Below are positions 18,989 through 28,753 of a DNA stretch of 64,000 nucleotides, piece by piece. Numbering within the stretch: position 1 is the first letter of the stretch; each line of letters opens with the position of its first letter. Position numbers and translations under genes: made by a program. Source of the DNA: Alkalispirochaeta sp. (GTDB lineage: Bacteria; Spirochaetota; Spirochaetia; DSM-27196; Alkalispirochaetaceae); the NCBI GenBank assembly GCA_965601925.1, contig OZ271854.1, positions 2,496,001 through 2,560,000 on the forward strand, written 5' to 3'. The notes under the pieces were generated by a model. That model was not told the DNA's origin. It ran no database searches and worked only from the letters and a program-made list of their open reading frames with translations.

Positions 18989-20701
18989 ATGCGCTACTCT
19001 CGGCTGTTTATTAAAACGCTCGTGCAGGTTCCCAAGGACGTCCGGGCGCCCAGTCATGTATTCCTGCTTCAGGCCGGTTTCATTCGTACCGTCGGTCGAG
19101 GGTTGTTTACCGTCACGCCGTTGGGCATGATGGTTATCCGCAATATCGAGCGCATCATTGACGAGGAGATGCGCTCATTGGGCGGCCAGGAGGTGTTGGC
19201 TCCGATCGCCAATCCGCGCGACATGTGGATCAAAAGCGGGCGGGACACGCTCATCGGAGACGATATGATACGGTTTCATGACCGCGTCGACCGAGAGTTG
19301 GTTATGGCGCCTACCCACGAGGAGGCGATGGTAGAACTCGTTCGCGACGGGATCCGAAGCTATCGCGATCTGCCGGTGTTTCTCTACCAGTTTCAGACCA
19401 AGTTCCGCGATGAGGCGCGACCACGATGCGGGCTGTTACGCGCGCGCGAGTTCATTATGAGCGACGCGTACTCGTTTCACCGTTCCTTTGCCGACCTCAA
19501 CGGGTTCTTTCCGCAGGTGTTTGCCGCCTACGGGCGTATCTTTGAGCGGTGTCGCGTGCCGGTGAATCCCGCCCAAGCCGGCGTCGGGTACATGGGCGGC
19601 GAACGAAGCTACGAGTTTCTTCTCCCATGCGAGTACGGAGACGATTACTTGATTCACTGTACCTCGTGTTCCTATGCGGCCAACGAAGAGGTTGCGGTCG
19701 GCGTCAAGGAGTTGGTGCAAGAGCCGCCGCGACCGGCGGAACGCGTGACGGTGGCGGATCAGCGCAGCGTAAGTGCCGCTCGTCAGTACCTGGAGCTCCC
19801 GCGTAATCGCCTTATCAAAGCGATGCTCTATCACTCCGACGAGGGCTTAATCATGGCGGTGGTGCGCGGCGATTACCACGTCAGCGAGGAGAAGCTCGCG
19901 CAGGTCGTGCAACGACCGATTCTGGGACGCGCCACGAGCGAGCAACTCGCCCGCTACGAACTGCCGGGCCCGTGGCTCTCGCCCCTCGGTATACCCGATT
20001 CCGCTCGGGCCGGGCTCACGCTGGTCGTCGACGACGCCGTCGCCGATTCGTCCAACCTGTTCGCGGGGATCAACGAAGTCGGGGTCGTGTGGAAGAACGT
20101 CAACTTCGGTCGCGATTTCGATGCCGATCACGTCGCCGATGTCTCGCGCATTCCGAAGGGAGCGCGGTGCAAGCACTGTTCCGCCGGCGTACTGGAACGT
20201 CTGCGGGCGATAGAGCTGGGGCATATTTTCCGTCTCGGCGACTTCTACACGCGCTCTATGAATTTGCGCCTCTCCGACGAGCGGGGTCGGGCGGTGTATC
20301 CGCACATGGGGAGTTACGGTATCGGACTGGGACGGCTTATGGCGGCGATCGTAGAGGTCAATCATGACGAGCGTGGGATAATTTGGCCCATGGAAGTTGC
20401 GCCGTTCACAGTCTTCCTCATGTCTATCGGAAAGTCGCTTTCGGTTCGCCGTCTGGTAGAGGAGATCTACACCGAGCTTCACGGCGCGGTACTCTTCGAC
20501 GATCGGCGGGAGTCCATCAGTCATAAGTTAAAGGATGCGGATCTGCTCGGTATTCCGATCCGCGTCATCGTCTCGGGAGCCTCCATTTCGGAGGGGGTGG
20601 TGGAGCTTGCCGTTCGGGGCGAGACGGAGACCCGCCGGGTCCGGCGCGACGAGCTCATGGATACCATCAATACACTTGTGAAAGATCGCGCCCATGTTTG
20701 A
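18989..20701 (+). CDS. proS: Prolyl-tRNA synthetase, bacterial type with editing insertion (divergent)
   Basis: PTHEE, QTKFRDEARPR.GLLRAREFIM.DAYSFH, IELGHIF.LG, MGSYGIG, DADLLGIP. Confidence 0.85.
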   Translation: MRYSRLFIKTLVQVPKDVRAPSHVFLLQAGFIRTVGRGLFTVTPLGMMVIRNIERIIDEEMRSLGGQEVLAPIANPRDMWIKSGRDTLIGDDMIRFHDRVDRELVMAPTHEEAMVELVRDGIRSYRDLPVFLYQFQTKFRDEARPRCGLLRAREFIMSDAYSFHRSFADLNGFFPQVFAAYGRIFERCRVPVNPAQAGVGYMGGERSYEFLLPCEYGDDYLIHCTSCSYAANEEVAVGVKELVQEPPRPAERVTVADQRSVSAARQYLELPRNRLIKAMLYHSDEGLIMAVVRGDYHVSEEKLAQVVQRPILGRATSEQLARYELPGPWLSPLGIPDSARAGLTLVVDDAVADSSNLFAGINEVGVVWKNVNFGRDFDADHVADVSRIPKGARCKHCSAGVLERLRAIELGHIFRLGDFYTRSMNLRLSDERGRAVYPHMGSYGIGLGRLMAAIVEVNHDERGIIWPMEVAPFTVFLMSIGKSLSVRRLVEEIYTELHGAVLFDDRRESISHKLKDADLLGIPIRVIVSGASISEGVVELAVRGETETRRVRRDELMDTINTLVKDRAHV

Positions 20702-21620
20702 AATGCGCGACGAGATCGCCCGTCGGATAGCCTTCGCTATGGAGAATCAGGACACTCGCTATCTCATGGATATGGAAAAGGGCGTGTTGGTTTCCGTCGA
20801 CGATGTAGATCGCGGCGAGCGGTCCGCCGCGCGCGGCCCGGTCGATCCGGCCGCGCGCTATCAGGCGCTGCCGGAATGGAAGAGCGCCGACGGGTTTCAG
20901 TTGATGGAACATTTCCTCACCGAGCTTCACAACCCTATCGTGCGCTCACAATTGTCGGAGATACTGCACAGCGGGAAGGGTGTGTTTCGCCGTTTTAAGG
21001 ATTGCCTTCGGGAGTATCCTGAGGTGCAGCGGCGCTACCACGTCTCTAAGTATCGATACATGCGCAACGCCATTGTGAGTTGGTACAACGAGATCCGGGA
21101 GCTTTCGGGGTTGGATACCGTCGAATTGGGCGCGGACGAGGAGCTCGACGACTTGGTCATGAGCAATATCGATATTCACGAGGTACGACGCGTGCCGCGC
21201 ACCGTCATATCGGAGCTCGATCGACAGGCGTTTTACGAGGCCAACAAGGGAGTATCCGAAGAGATCGTACGGTATCTCTATCGCCGCCGCCGCGCACGCC
21301 TACCCGAGCCGGGCGATGCGCACAGCGTCGTGTTCGGTGCATACATCGCCGGAGAAGATCTGTGCGGTTTTCTGTGGGCGACGCGCGATAATACCGAGAC
21401 TGCGAAAACGATCTATCTCCTGCATCAGGTGTACGTATTACCGGAGCATCGAGGATTGGGCATCGGGACGTCGCTGTTGGAGTATGCGGTTCGGACGTTT
21501 CGAAAGGATCGCGCTATCGGCGTGGTCGCGCGGTTTCCCGGAAGCGGGGAGCTCATTGACGGCCTGCTCAATCGAAACCAGTTTTCGCTGATACAGAGGG
21601 AGCGAGTACTGGTTTTTTGA
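20694..21620 (+). CDS. UPF0158-domain / GNAT acetyltransferase fusion
   Basis: IAFAMENQ, LPEWKSADGFQLMEHF, GKGVFRRFKD (UPF0158-like); C-terminal QVYVLPEHRGLGIGTSLL acetyl-CoA motif A. Confidence 0.8.
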   Translation: MFEMRDEIARRIAFAMENQDTRYLMDMEKGVLVSVDDVDRGERSAARGPVDPAARYQALPEWKSADGFQLMEHFLTELHNPIVRSQLSEILHSGKGVFRRFKDCLREYPEVQRRYHVSKYRYMRNAIVSWYNEIRELSGLDTVELGADEELDDLVMSNIDIHEVRRVPRTVISELDRQAFYEANKGVSEEIVRYLYRRRRARLPEPGDAHSVVFGAYIAGEDLCGFLWATRDNTETAKTIYLLHQVYVLPEHRGLGIGTSLLEYAVRTFRKDRAIGVVARFPGSGELIDGLLNRNQFSLIQRERVLVF

Positions 21621-21648
21621 GGATTATCAAAAGGCGTCGACGTGAGTG

Positions 21649-22593
21649 TCACCCGGGAGTCGTGATGTTGAGGCGGGTAGGGGTAATTCCCTTTTGGGCG
21701 AGCCCCTCCAGGATTTCGCCGCGAATCCGTTCGGCCGCGTCGTGGAGTTCGACGAACCGTTGCTCCACCGCCCGAGCGACCGCGTCTTTTGCCGATGCCG
21801 CGTCGTCGCCGGACCCGCGACGCGCTTCGTCGCGAAACGCAGCCGCCTTCGCGACCGGGCCCACATGATAGACCATCACATCCGTCCTGGCCTCGTCCTT
21901 CTCCATATCGCCCAACGGGCTCACTTCCAGGGTATTACCGGCAATGCCGACGAATACGACGTGATCAAAGCCCTTCAGGTAAGAGTCGACTTCCGGCAGT
22001 ACCCGCTTGGTGTCCTCTTTACCCGGGCGATAGCGCGTACCGGCGGGAAACAGGAGGACCATGTGGGCGGAGTGTTTCATTCTTATCATCTCGCGTAGCG
22101 CGCTTCGATTGAGCATGCGACTGCGGGCTCGCTCCTCCTCATAGTGCTCCGTGCCTTCCAAAGATTGGAGACCGCGCGCGGGGTAGATGACGATCCTGGT
22201 GTACGCTTCGGTGAACGCAAGCACAAAGCGGCTCTCTTCGTTCAGTTTCGCCCCCGCCATCGCTACGATGGAATCGGTGAGCGGGCCGCCGTTCTCGTAC
22301 CGGTTTGCAAGGTAAAAGAGGCACGGAATGTCGAAGTTACTGAAGTGCTCCATCAAAATAAGGCACGACTCGCCGCGGCAGGCGCGTTCGTAGAGCTCCT
22401 TCAGATGGTCGTATCCCTCGATACGGCTGCCGGGTAGTACGAGCTTTTCGATGATCTTCTCCACCAACGCACGATTTTTCATGTTCGCCGGTTGAAAGAC
22501 GTGGTTGCGCTCGACGTGCTGTCGTTCCTGAGAATTGCGGATAAGCTCATCGGTGATTTGACGAAACAGCTCGTCGATATGAATCATTGTCAC
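21649..22593 (-). CDS. Glycerol-3-phosphate/acylglycerol-phosphate acyltransferase (soluble plastid/chlamydial-like type)
   Basis: EHFSNFD (HX4D), LLFPAGTRYRPG; start GTG 22593 or ATG 22587. Confidence 0.8.
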   Translation of the reverse strand: MTMIHIDELFRQITDELIRNSQERQHVERNHVFQPANMKNRALVEKIIEKLVLPGSRIEGYDHLKELYERACRGESCLILMEHFSNFDIPCLFYLANRYENGGPLTDSIVAMAGAKLNEESRFVLAFTEAYTRIVIYPARGLQSLEGTEHYEEERARSRMLNRSALREMIRMKHSAHMVLLFPAGTRYRPGKEDTKRVLPEVDSYLKGFDHVVFVGIAGNTLEVSPLGDMEKDEARTDVMVYHVGPVAKAAAFRDEARRGSGDDAASAKDAVARAVEQRFVELHDAAERIRGEILEGLAQKGITPTRLNITTPG

Positions 22594-22631
22594 TCCGAAA
22601 TTGTACTCGTGATGTAGACGTTACGAAATCA

Positions 22632-22660
22632 ACAGTAGACCGACCCCCACCCTTTGTCAA
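22632..22660 (-). promoter_or_regulatory. sigma70-type promoter of the acyltransferase
   Basis: TTGACA 22660-22655, 17 nt, TACTGT 22637-22632. Confidence 0.6.
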
Positions 22661-22803
22661 CAAAACGATCCGCTCCGTCGCTCGACCACACCGTCTCCGA
22701 GCGCCGGGGCGAGACGAGGGGCTCGATATTCTTGCGTACAATTGCATATAGATCCTCTTTAGGATACCGTAGTTGAAATACATCCCCAAAAAGGAGGAAC
22801 GAT

Positions 22804-24390
22804 ATGCGCAAATTCGCATTTGTTCTCGGCCTCATGGCCATGACCGCAATCGCCGTGTTCGCCGGCGGTGGACAGGAAGGTCCGTCGGGGGCGGCGTCGG
22901 AGTTCATCGTCGGTAACGGCGCGGAGCCCGAGTCGCTCGATCCGCATTTGATCTCCGGTGTCCCGGAACACCGCATCATGATGGGTCTATTCGAGGGGCT
23001 TGTGGTGCCCGATCCCGAGACCGCCACCGCGATACCCGGTGTCGCCGAGAGCTGGGAAGTATCGGACGACGGCACGGTATACACCTTTTATCTCCGCGAG
23101 GATGCAGTGTGGAGCGACGGCACCCCCGTTACGGCGCAGCAGTTCGTCGATAGTTGGCTCAGAATTCTCGATCCTGAGCTCGCGGCCTCCTACGCGTGGT
23201 TCCCCGCGATCTTTCTCGAAGGCGGTGAGGCGTACAACGCCGGCGAAGCGGGTCCCGAATCGGTAGCCGTGCGGGCGCTCGACGAGCGTACCTTTCAGTT
23301 CGAGACCGTCGGTCCCCTTCCCTATACGTTGGACGCGCTGACTCACTATTCGTTCAACGTCGTGCCGCTTCACGCAATCGAGGAGTACGGTGCCGAGTGG
23401 ACACTTCCTGAGAACTTTGTCGGCAACGGTCCCTACACGCTCGCCGAGTGGTCTCCTCAGGAGCGTATCGTGTTGGAGCCCAACCCGACCTTCTGGGATG
23501 CCGATAGAGTTGAGGTCGATCGGGTGGTCTTCCTGCCCGTAGAAGACGATTCGACGATGTACAACATGTTCGTCAACGGTGAGATGGACTGGGCGACAAA
23601 CGTTCCCCTCGGACGTATCGAAGACGCGGAGCTCCGCGAGGATTATCACGTGACCGCGCAGCTGGCTACCTACTACTACTCCTTTAATACGACTCGTGAG
23701 CCCCTCAACGATCCGCGTGTGCGGCAGGCGCTCTCCCTTGCGATCGATCGCGAGCTGTTGGTCGACACCGTAACGCGCGCCGGACAGGTACCGGCCTTTT
23801 CCATGGTACCGGAGATGGTCGGTTATCCCGGTATCGAAGGATTGGGCGAAGATGTCGAACTCGCGCAGCAGCTCCTTGCCGAAGCGGGATTCCCCGGTGG
23901 AGCCGGCTTTCCGGAGTTTACGATTCTGTACAACACCCTCGATGCTCACCGGTCGATCGCCGAGTTCATTCAGCAGCAGTGGCTGACCAATCTCGGCATC
24001 AGCGTCGTCCTGGAAAACCAGGAGTGGGGGACCTACCTCGATTCTCGAGAGCAGAGTAACTTCGATATCGCTCGCGCCGGGTGGGTAGGAGACTATCAAG
24101 ACCCGAGCACGTTCTTGGACATGTTCATCACCGACTCCGCGTTGAACGGCGGGCGCTTTTCCAATGAGCGTTACGATGGGCTGATTTCGGAAGCCGCCCG
24201 CATGCAGGCCGGTCCCGATCGCTACGCCACCCTCGCCGAGGCGGAACAGATCCTCATCGAGCAGGAGATGGCCGTCATGCCGATCTACTACTATGTCGAC
24301 CTGGACATGATCGATCTGAGTCGATGGGGCGGGTGGTACGCCAACATCATGGGATGGCATCCGGTGGGCGATATCGCTACCGCCAACTGA
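22804..24390 (+). CDS. oppA: Oligopeptide ABC transporter substrate-binding protein
   Basis: NGAEPESLDP, LFEGLV, PGVAESW.VS.DG.VYTFYLR...WSDG.PVTA, VGNGPY, RAGWVGDYQDP; AAGGAGG RBS. Confidence 0.95.
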   Translation: MRKFAFVLGLMAMTAIAVFAGGGQEGPSGAASEFIVGNGAEPESLDPHLISGVPEHRIMMGLFEGLVVPDPETATAIPGVAESWEVSDDGTVYTFYLREDAVWSDGTPVTAQQFVDSWLRILDPELAASYAWFPAIFLEGGEAYNAGEAGPESVAVRALDERTFQFETVGPLPYTLDALTHYSFNVVPLHAIEEYGAEWTLPENFVGNGPYTLAEWSPQERIVLEPNPTFWDADRVEVDRVVFLPVEDDSTMYNMFVNGEMDWATNVPLGRIEDAELREDYHVTAQLATYYYSFNTTREPLNDPRVRQALSLAIDRELLVDTVTRAGQVPAFSMVPEMVGYPGIEGLGEDVELAQQLLAEAGFPGGAGFPEFTILYNTLDAHRSIAEFIQQQWLTNLGISVVLENQEWGTYLDSREQSNFDIARAGWVGDYQDPSTFLDMFITDSALNGGRFSNERYDGLISEAARMQAGPDRYATLAEAEQILIEQEMAVMPIYYYVDLDMIDLSRWGGWYANIMGWHPVGDIATAN

Positions 24391-24426
24391 CCTATCAGTG
24401 CTACTCTTGTTCTGAGTTTTTTGAAG

Positions 24427-24461
24427 AAAGGGGACCCCGCTACTCCGGCGGGGTCCTTTTT
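24427..24461 (+). terminator. Rho-independent terminator between oppA and oppB
   Basis: AAAGGGGACCCCGC-TACTCCG-GCGGGGTCCTTTTT. Confidence 0.8.
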
Positions 24462-24534
24462 CGTATATTTGTACGTTGTCGACCGCATTATTCACCCTTG
24501 CGTCGTGTATTTTCGTCCAGGTATAATCGATGAA

Positions 24535-25464
24535 ATGACTCAGTACATCATCCGGAGATTCCTGGGACTCTTTCCGACGTTATTCGTAATCGTCACGCTT
24601 AGCTTTTTCATCATTCGCGTAGCGCCCGGTGGACCGTTCGCGCGGGAGCGACAGATCCCGCCCCAAGTTTTGGAGAACATCGAACGGAAATACAATTTGG
24701 ATCAACCGCTTTTGGTGCAGTACGGACGGTACATGTTCGACGTTATCCGAGGCGATTTGGGACCGTCCTTTCGATATCAAGATCGAGACGTGAACTTTTA
24801 CATCTTCTCGAGCCTTCCGGCATCGATGTTGTTGGGTGTCATTTCGCTCTCGACCGCTCTCATACTCGGCATCGGTAGCGGCATCGTCTCCGCCCTTCGC
24901 CAAAATCGACTCGCCGACTACCTGTCCATGTCCGTCGCGGTTATCGGTATCTCGGTACCGTTGTTCGTTATAGGGCCCGTGCTTATGTATGTATTGGCCC
25001 TGAGGCTGCAGTTGTTGCCGACAAGCGGTTGGATCGGAGGCCGCAACGGGTGGGTACCGATCATCATGCCGGCGATAACCCTCGCCTTTCCGTACTTTGC
25101 CTACATCGCGCGGTTGACGAGGGCGAGCGTGATCGAAGTACTGCGGAGCGACTACATTCGGACCGCGCGCGCCAAGGGGCTCAAGGAGTCGGTCATCGTA
25201 TTCAAGCACGTGTTGAAGGGTGCCCTCCTGCCCGTCGTTTCCTACCTTGGACCGGCGTTCGCAGGGATCGTGACCGGATCGGTCGTCGTAGAACAGATCT
25301 TTCGCGTGCCCGGCTTAGGGCGTTTTTTCGTCCAGTCGGCGTTCAATCGCGACTATACCTTGATCATGGGCACGGTGATCGTATTCTCGACCATTCTCGT
25401 GATTATGAACTTCATCGTGGACATTGTGTACGCGCTGCTCGATCCACGCATCTCGTATCGGTAA
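24535..25464 (+). CDS. oppB: Oligopeptide ABC permease
   Basis: YIIRRFL, APGGPF, GDLGPSF, DYIRTARAKGL, NRDYTLIMG, LDPRI. Confidence 0.95.
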   Translation: MTQYIIRRFLGLFPTLFVIVTLSFFIIRVAPGGPFARERQIPPQVLENIERKYNLDQPLLVQYGRYMFDVIRGDLGPSFRYQDRDVNFYIFSSLPASMLLGVISLSTALILGIGSGIVSALRQNRLADYLSMSVAVIGISVPLFVIGPVLMYVLALRLQLLPTSGWIGGRNGWVPIIMPAITLAFPYFAYIARLTRASVIEVLRSDYIRTARAKGLKESVIVFKHVLKGALLPVVSYLGPAFAGIVTGSVVVEQIFRVPGLGRFFVQSAFNRDYTLIMGTVIVFSTILVIMNFIVDIVYALLDPRISYR

Positions 25465-25473
25465 AGGAATCGC

Positions 25474-26604
25474 ATGAGTAACCATCCCATTACGCATGAT
25501 ATGCGGGAAGACGAAGCGGTCGGAGCCGTTCCGGAATCTCAGAACGTGGTGAATGAGTTCGATCAACCGGTCGAAGGGGTCAGTCTCACCAAAGACGCAT
25601 GGCGTCGTCTCAAGAAAAATCGGATGGCGATGTTCGGTCTCGGTGTCGTCGTGTTATACGCCGTGCTTTCGCTGACCGCGCCGATTCTGCCGATTCACAG
25701 TTTTCGATACCAAGTGTCGGAACACCGCGACCTCCCCCCTTCCTTCACCCGTGCCGCCGGTGAATTGTGGTTGGAGCGGGTGGAAACGCGGACGCGTCTG
25801 CTCGCCGAGCGTGACGGCCGCGCAGAGCTCAACGACGAGGAGCTCGCCGAGCTTGCCGCGATTCGAGAGCGCATCTCTACCGAGACCGCCGTTATCGACG
25901 GACGCGAGGTCATGGTTCATCAACGGCGCTACGTCCTCGGGACCGACCATCTGGGTCGCGATTTGTTGAGTAGAATCCTGTACGGCGGCCGGGTCTCTAT
26001 CGCTATCGGTCTCATCGGCACGATCACTTCGGTTCTGATCGGTATCGTCGTCGGCGCCGTAGCCGGCTACATCGGCGGAAAGACCGACTATCTCATCATG
26101 CGCTTCGTCGACGTCATGTACGGATTGCCCTACATGTTGATCGTTATCATTCTCATGGCCATCTTCGGTCGCAGCATCTTTAATCTGTTTTTGGCGTTGT
26201 CGCTGGTGAGTTGGCTCGTCGTGGCCCGCGTCGTGCGCGGGCAGATTATTTCCCTCAAAAACTCCGAGTTCGTGGAGGCGGCACGTAGCATGGGCGCTTC
26301 CAGAGGACGGATCATTTTTCGCCATCTGGTCCCCAACACCGCGGGCATCATTATAGTCTTCGCCACGCTCCGTATTCCCGCCTTCATCATGCAGGAGTCG
26401 TTTCTCTCATTTCTCGGACTCGGCATCTCGGCACCCTTCGCCTCGTGGGGATCTTTGGTGAGCGAAGGGGTGACGCGAATGACTACCGCGCCGTGGCAGC
26501 TCTTTTTCCCGGCCTTGGCGATGACGTTGTTTCTCTTTGCCATGAACTTTCTCGGCGACGGCCTGCGGGACGCTTTTGATCCGCACAGCAAGAACCGGCT
26601 GTAA
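25474..26604 (+). CDS. oppC: Oligopeptide ABC permease
   Basis: DAWRRLKKNR, LGTDHLGRD, EFVEAARSMGAS, ESFLSFLGLG, GDGLRDAFDP. Confidence 0.95.
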   Translation: MSNHPITHDMREDEAVGAVPESQNVVNEFDQPVEGVSLTKDAWRRLKKNRMAMFGLGVVVLYAVLSLTAPILPIHSFRYQVSEHRDLPPSFTRAAGELWLERVETRTRLLAERDGRAELNDEELAELAAIRERISTETAVIDGREVMVHQRRYVLGTDHLGRDLLSRILYGGRVSIAIGLIGTITSVLIGIVVGAVAGYIGGKTDYLIMRFVDVMYGLPYMLIVIILMAIFGRSIFNLFLALSLVSWLVVARVVRGQIISLKNSEFVEAARSMGASRGRIIFRHLVPNTAGIIIVFATLRIPAFIMQESFLSFLGLGISAPFASWGSLVSEGVTRMTTAPWQLFFPALAMTLFLFAMNFLGDGLRDAFDPHSKNRL

Positions 26605-26630
26605 CAGTAGTTGAATGGAGTCTCTTAACG

Positions 26631-27662
26631 ATGAGTGAAAAGGTTCTCTCCGATCCGATTCTGCAGGTTCGCGATCTGCAGACCCATTTTAAGACCGACG
26701 ACGGCATCGTGAAGGCGGTCGACGGCGTATCGTTCGATCTCCACAAAGGCGAGACGCTTGGAATCGTCGGCGAATCGGGGTCCGGCAAGTCGGTCACCAA
26801 TCTCTCGGTGATGCGCCTTATTGCCTCTCCGCCCGGTAGAATCGTGGGCGGCGAGGTGATGTTCGACGGGGTCGACTTGCTGCACGTATCCGCCGCCGAG
26901 ATGCGTCGGATTCGCGGTAACAAGATATCCATGATCTTTCAAGATCCGATGACCTCTCTCAATCCGTTTCTCAAGGTATCTACGCAGTTAGTGGAGACGA
27001 TTCGCCTTCACCAAGGGTTGAGCGTGCGCGGGGCGAAGGCGCTGGCGGTTGAGATGCTCTCGATGGTAGGCATTCCGAAGCCGGAGCGGCGTATCGACAG
27101 CTATCCGCACCAGTTCTCCGGCGGTATGCGGCAGCGGGTCATGATTGCGATGGCCCTTTCGTGCAAGCCCGAAATCCTCATCGCCGATGAGCCTACGACC
27201 GCCCTCGATGTAACGATCCAGGCGCAGATCCTGGAGATTATCTCACGGCTCGCGGAGGAGCTCGGTACCGCAGTCATAATGATCACTCACGATCTCGGGG
27301 TCGTTGCCGGGATGTGCGATAACGTGGCGGTCATGTACGCCGGCAAGATCGTAGAAAAAGCGACGACGAAGGAGCTGTTCGCCTCGCCCAAACACCCGTA
27401 TACGCAAGGGTTGATACAATCGGTACCGCGGCTGGACCAGGTGCATCAAAACAGGCTCTTTTCCATAGACGGCCAACCGCCGAACCTCATCGATCTTCCC
27501 GATGCGTGTCCGTTTTATCCGCGGTGCGATCACGCGATGGAGATCTGCAAACGCAAGTATCCCGACGCGGAGGTTTTGAGCGAGACGCGGTCGGTCGGCT
27601 GCTGGCTTTACAAAGAACACGAACCTGAGGAGGCTCGCCTTGTCGAACAACAAGAGCAGTAA
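26631..27662 (+). CDS. oppD: Oligopeptide ABC ATP-binding protein
   Basis: [37 protein letters not shown]. Confidence 0.95.
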   Translation: MSEKVLSDPILQVRDLQTHFKTDDGIVKAVDGVSFDLHKGETLGIVGESGSGKSVTNLSVMRLIASPPGRIVGGEVMFDGVDLLHVSAAEMRRIRGNKISMIFQDPMTSLNPFLKVSTQLVETIRLHQGLSVRGAKALAVEMLSMVGIPKPERRIDSYPHQFSGGMRQRVMIAMALSCKPEILIADEPTTALDVTIQAQILEIISRLAEELGTAVIMITHDLGVVAGMCDNVAVMYAGKIVEKATTKELFASPKHPYTQGLIQSVPRLDQVHQNRLFSIDGQPPNLIDLPDACPFYPRCDHAMEICKRKYPDAEVLSETRSVGCWLYKEHEPEEARLVEQQEQ

Positions 27663-28725
27663 GCCCGCCGGCGACGTATTATTGAGCGTCCGCGATCTGA
27701 AGCTTCATTTTCCGGTAGAAAAGGGCGCCGTATTTAAGCGGGTGACGGGACACATTCGGGCGGTCGACGGGGTTAATTTCGACATCAAGCGTGGCGAGAC
27801 CCTCGGACTCGTCGGGGAGTCGGGGTGCGGTAAATCGACGACCGCTCGCGCGGTGGCGCAGTTGTACGACGTTACGTCGGGCGAGGTGATGCTCAACGGC
27901 GCCGACCTTACGAAGATGAGTGAGCGCGATCTGTTGCAGCATCGCAAGGATGTGCAGATGGTCTTTCAGGACCCGTACGCCTCGCTCAATCCCCGCATGA
28001 CCGTGCGCGATATCATCGCCGAGCCGATGCAGATTTTCATCAAGCGCGGTCTTATGCACATGAGTAAGTCTGAAATCGACGCACGCGTCGAAGAGCTGAT
28101 GGAGAAAGTCGGGCTGAATAAGCTCTTCAAAAATCGCTATCCCCACGAGTTCTCGGGCGGCCAGCGACAACGCATCGGCATCGCGCGCGCCCTGGCGCTC
28201 AACCCGCAGTTGATACTCGCCGATGAGCCGGTGAGCGCCTTGGACGTCTCCATTCAGTCACAGATTCTGAACCTGCTGCGCGACTTGCAGGAGGAGTTCC
28301 ACCTCACCTACCTGTTTATCGCTCACGACCTCGCCGTCATCAAGTATATCAGCGACCGGGTCGCCGTCATGTACTTGGGGGTAATCGTGGAGATCGCCGG
28401 TTCGGAGATGCTGTACGAGGAGCCGTTGCATCCCTACACTCAGGCGCTCCTCTCGGCGATCCCGATTCCCGACCCGGAGGTCGAGGGGCACCGGAACCGT
28501 ATCATCCTATCCGGGGACGTTCCCTCTCCCGATAAGGAGCGCCATGGGTGTTATTTCTACGATCGGTGTCCCAAACGAATGTCCAAGTGCAAGACCAGCG
28601 TTCCGGCGCTGAAAGAGGTTCGTCCCGGGCATCAGACGGCTTGTTTTCTCTATTTCGAGCCGACACCGGAGAACGTCGTACGGAGCGTATCCGGGGAGGT
28701 CGTCGTCGGCGACGGAGAACGGTAG
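27640..28725 (+). CDS. oppF: Oligopeptide ABC ATP-binding protein
   Basis: GESGCGKS, FSGGQRQR, DEPVSALD, HPYTQALL; TTG start overlapping oppD. Confidence 0.95.
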   Translation: MSNNKSSKPAGDVLLSVRDLKLHFPVEKGAVFKRVTGHIRAVDGVNFDIKRGETLGLVGESGCGKSTTARAVAQLYDVTSGEVMLNGADLTKMSERDLLQHRKDVQMVFQDPYASLNPRMTVRDIIAEPMQIFIKRGLMHMSKSEIDARVEELMEKVGLNKLFKNRYPHEFSGGQRQRIGIARALALNPQLILADEPVSALDVSIQSQILNLLRDLQEEFHLTYLFIAHDLAVIKYISDRVAVMYLGVIVEIAGSEMLYEEPLHPYTQALLSAIPIPDPEVEGHRNRIILSGDVPSPDKERHGCYFYDRCPKRMSKCKTSVPALKEVRPGHQTACFLYFEPTPENVVRSVSGEVVVGDGER

Positions 28726-28753
28726 ATCACACGATCCGCGTCGGGGATCGAGG

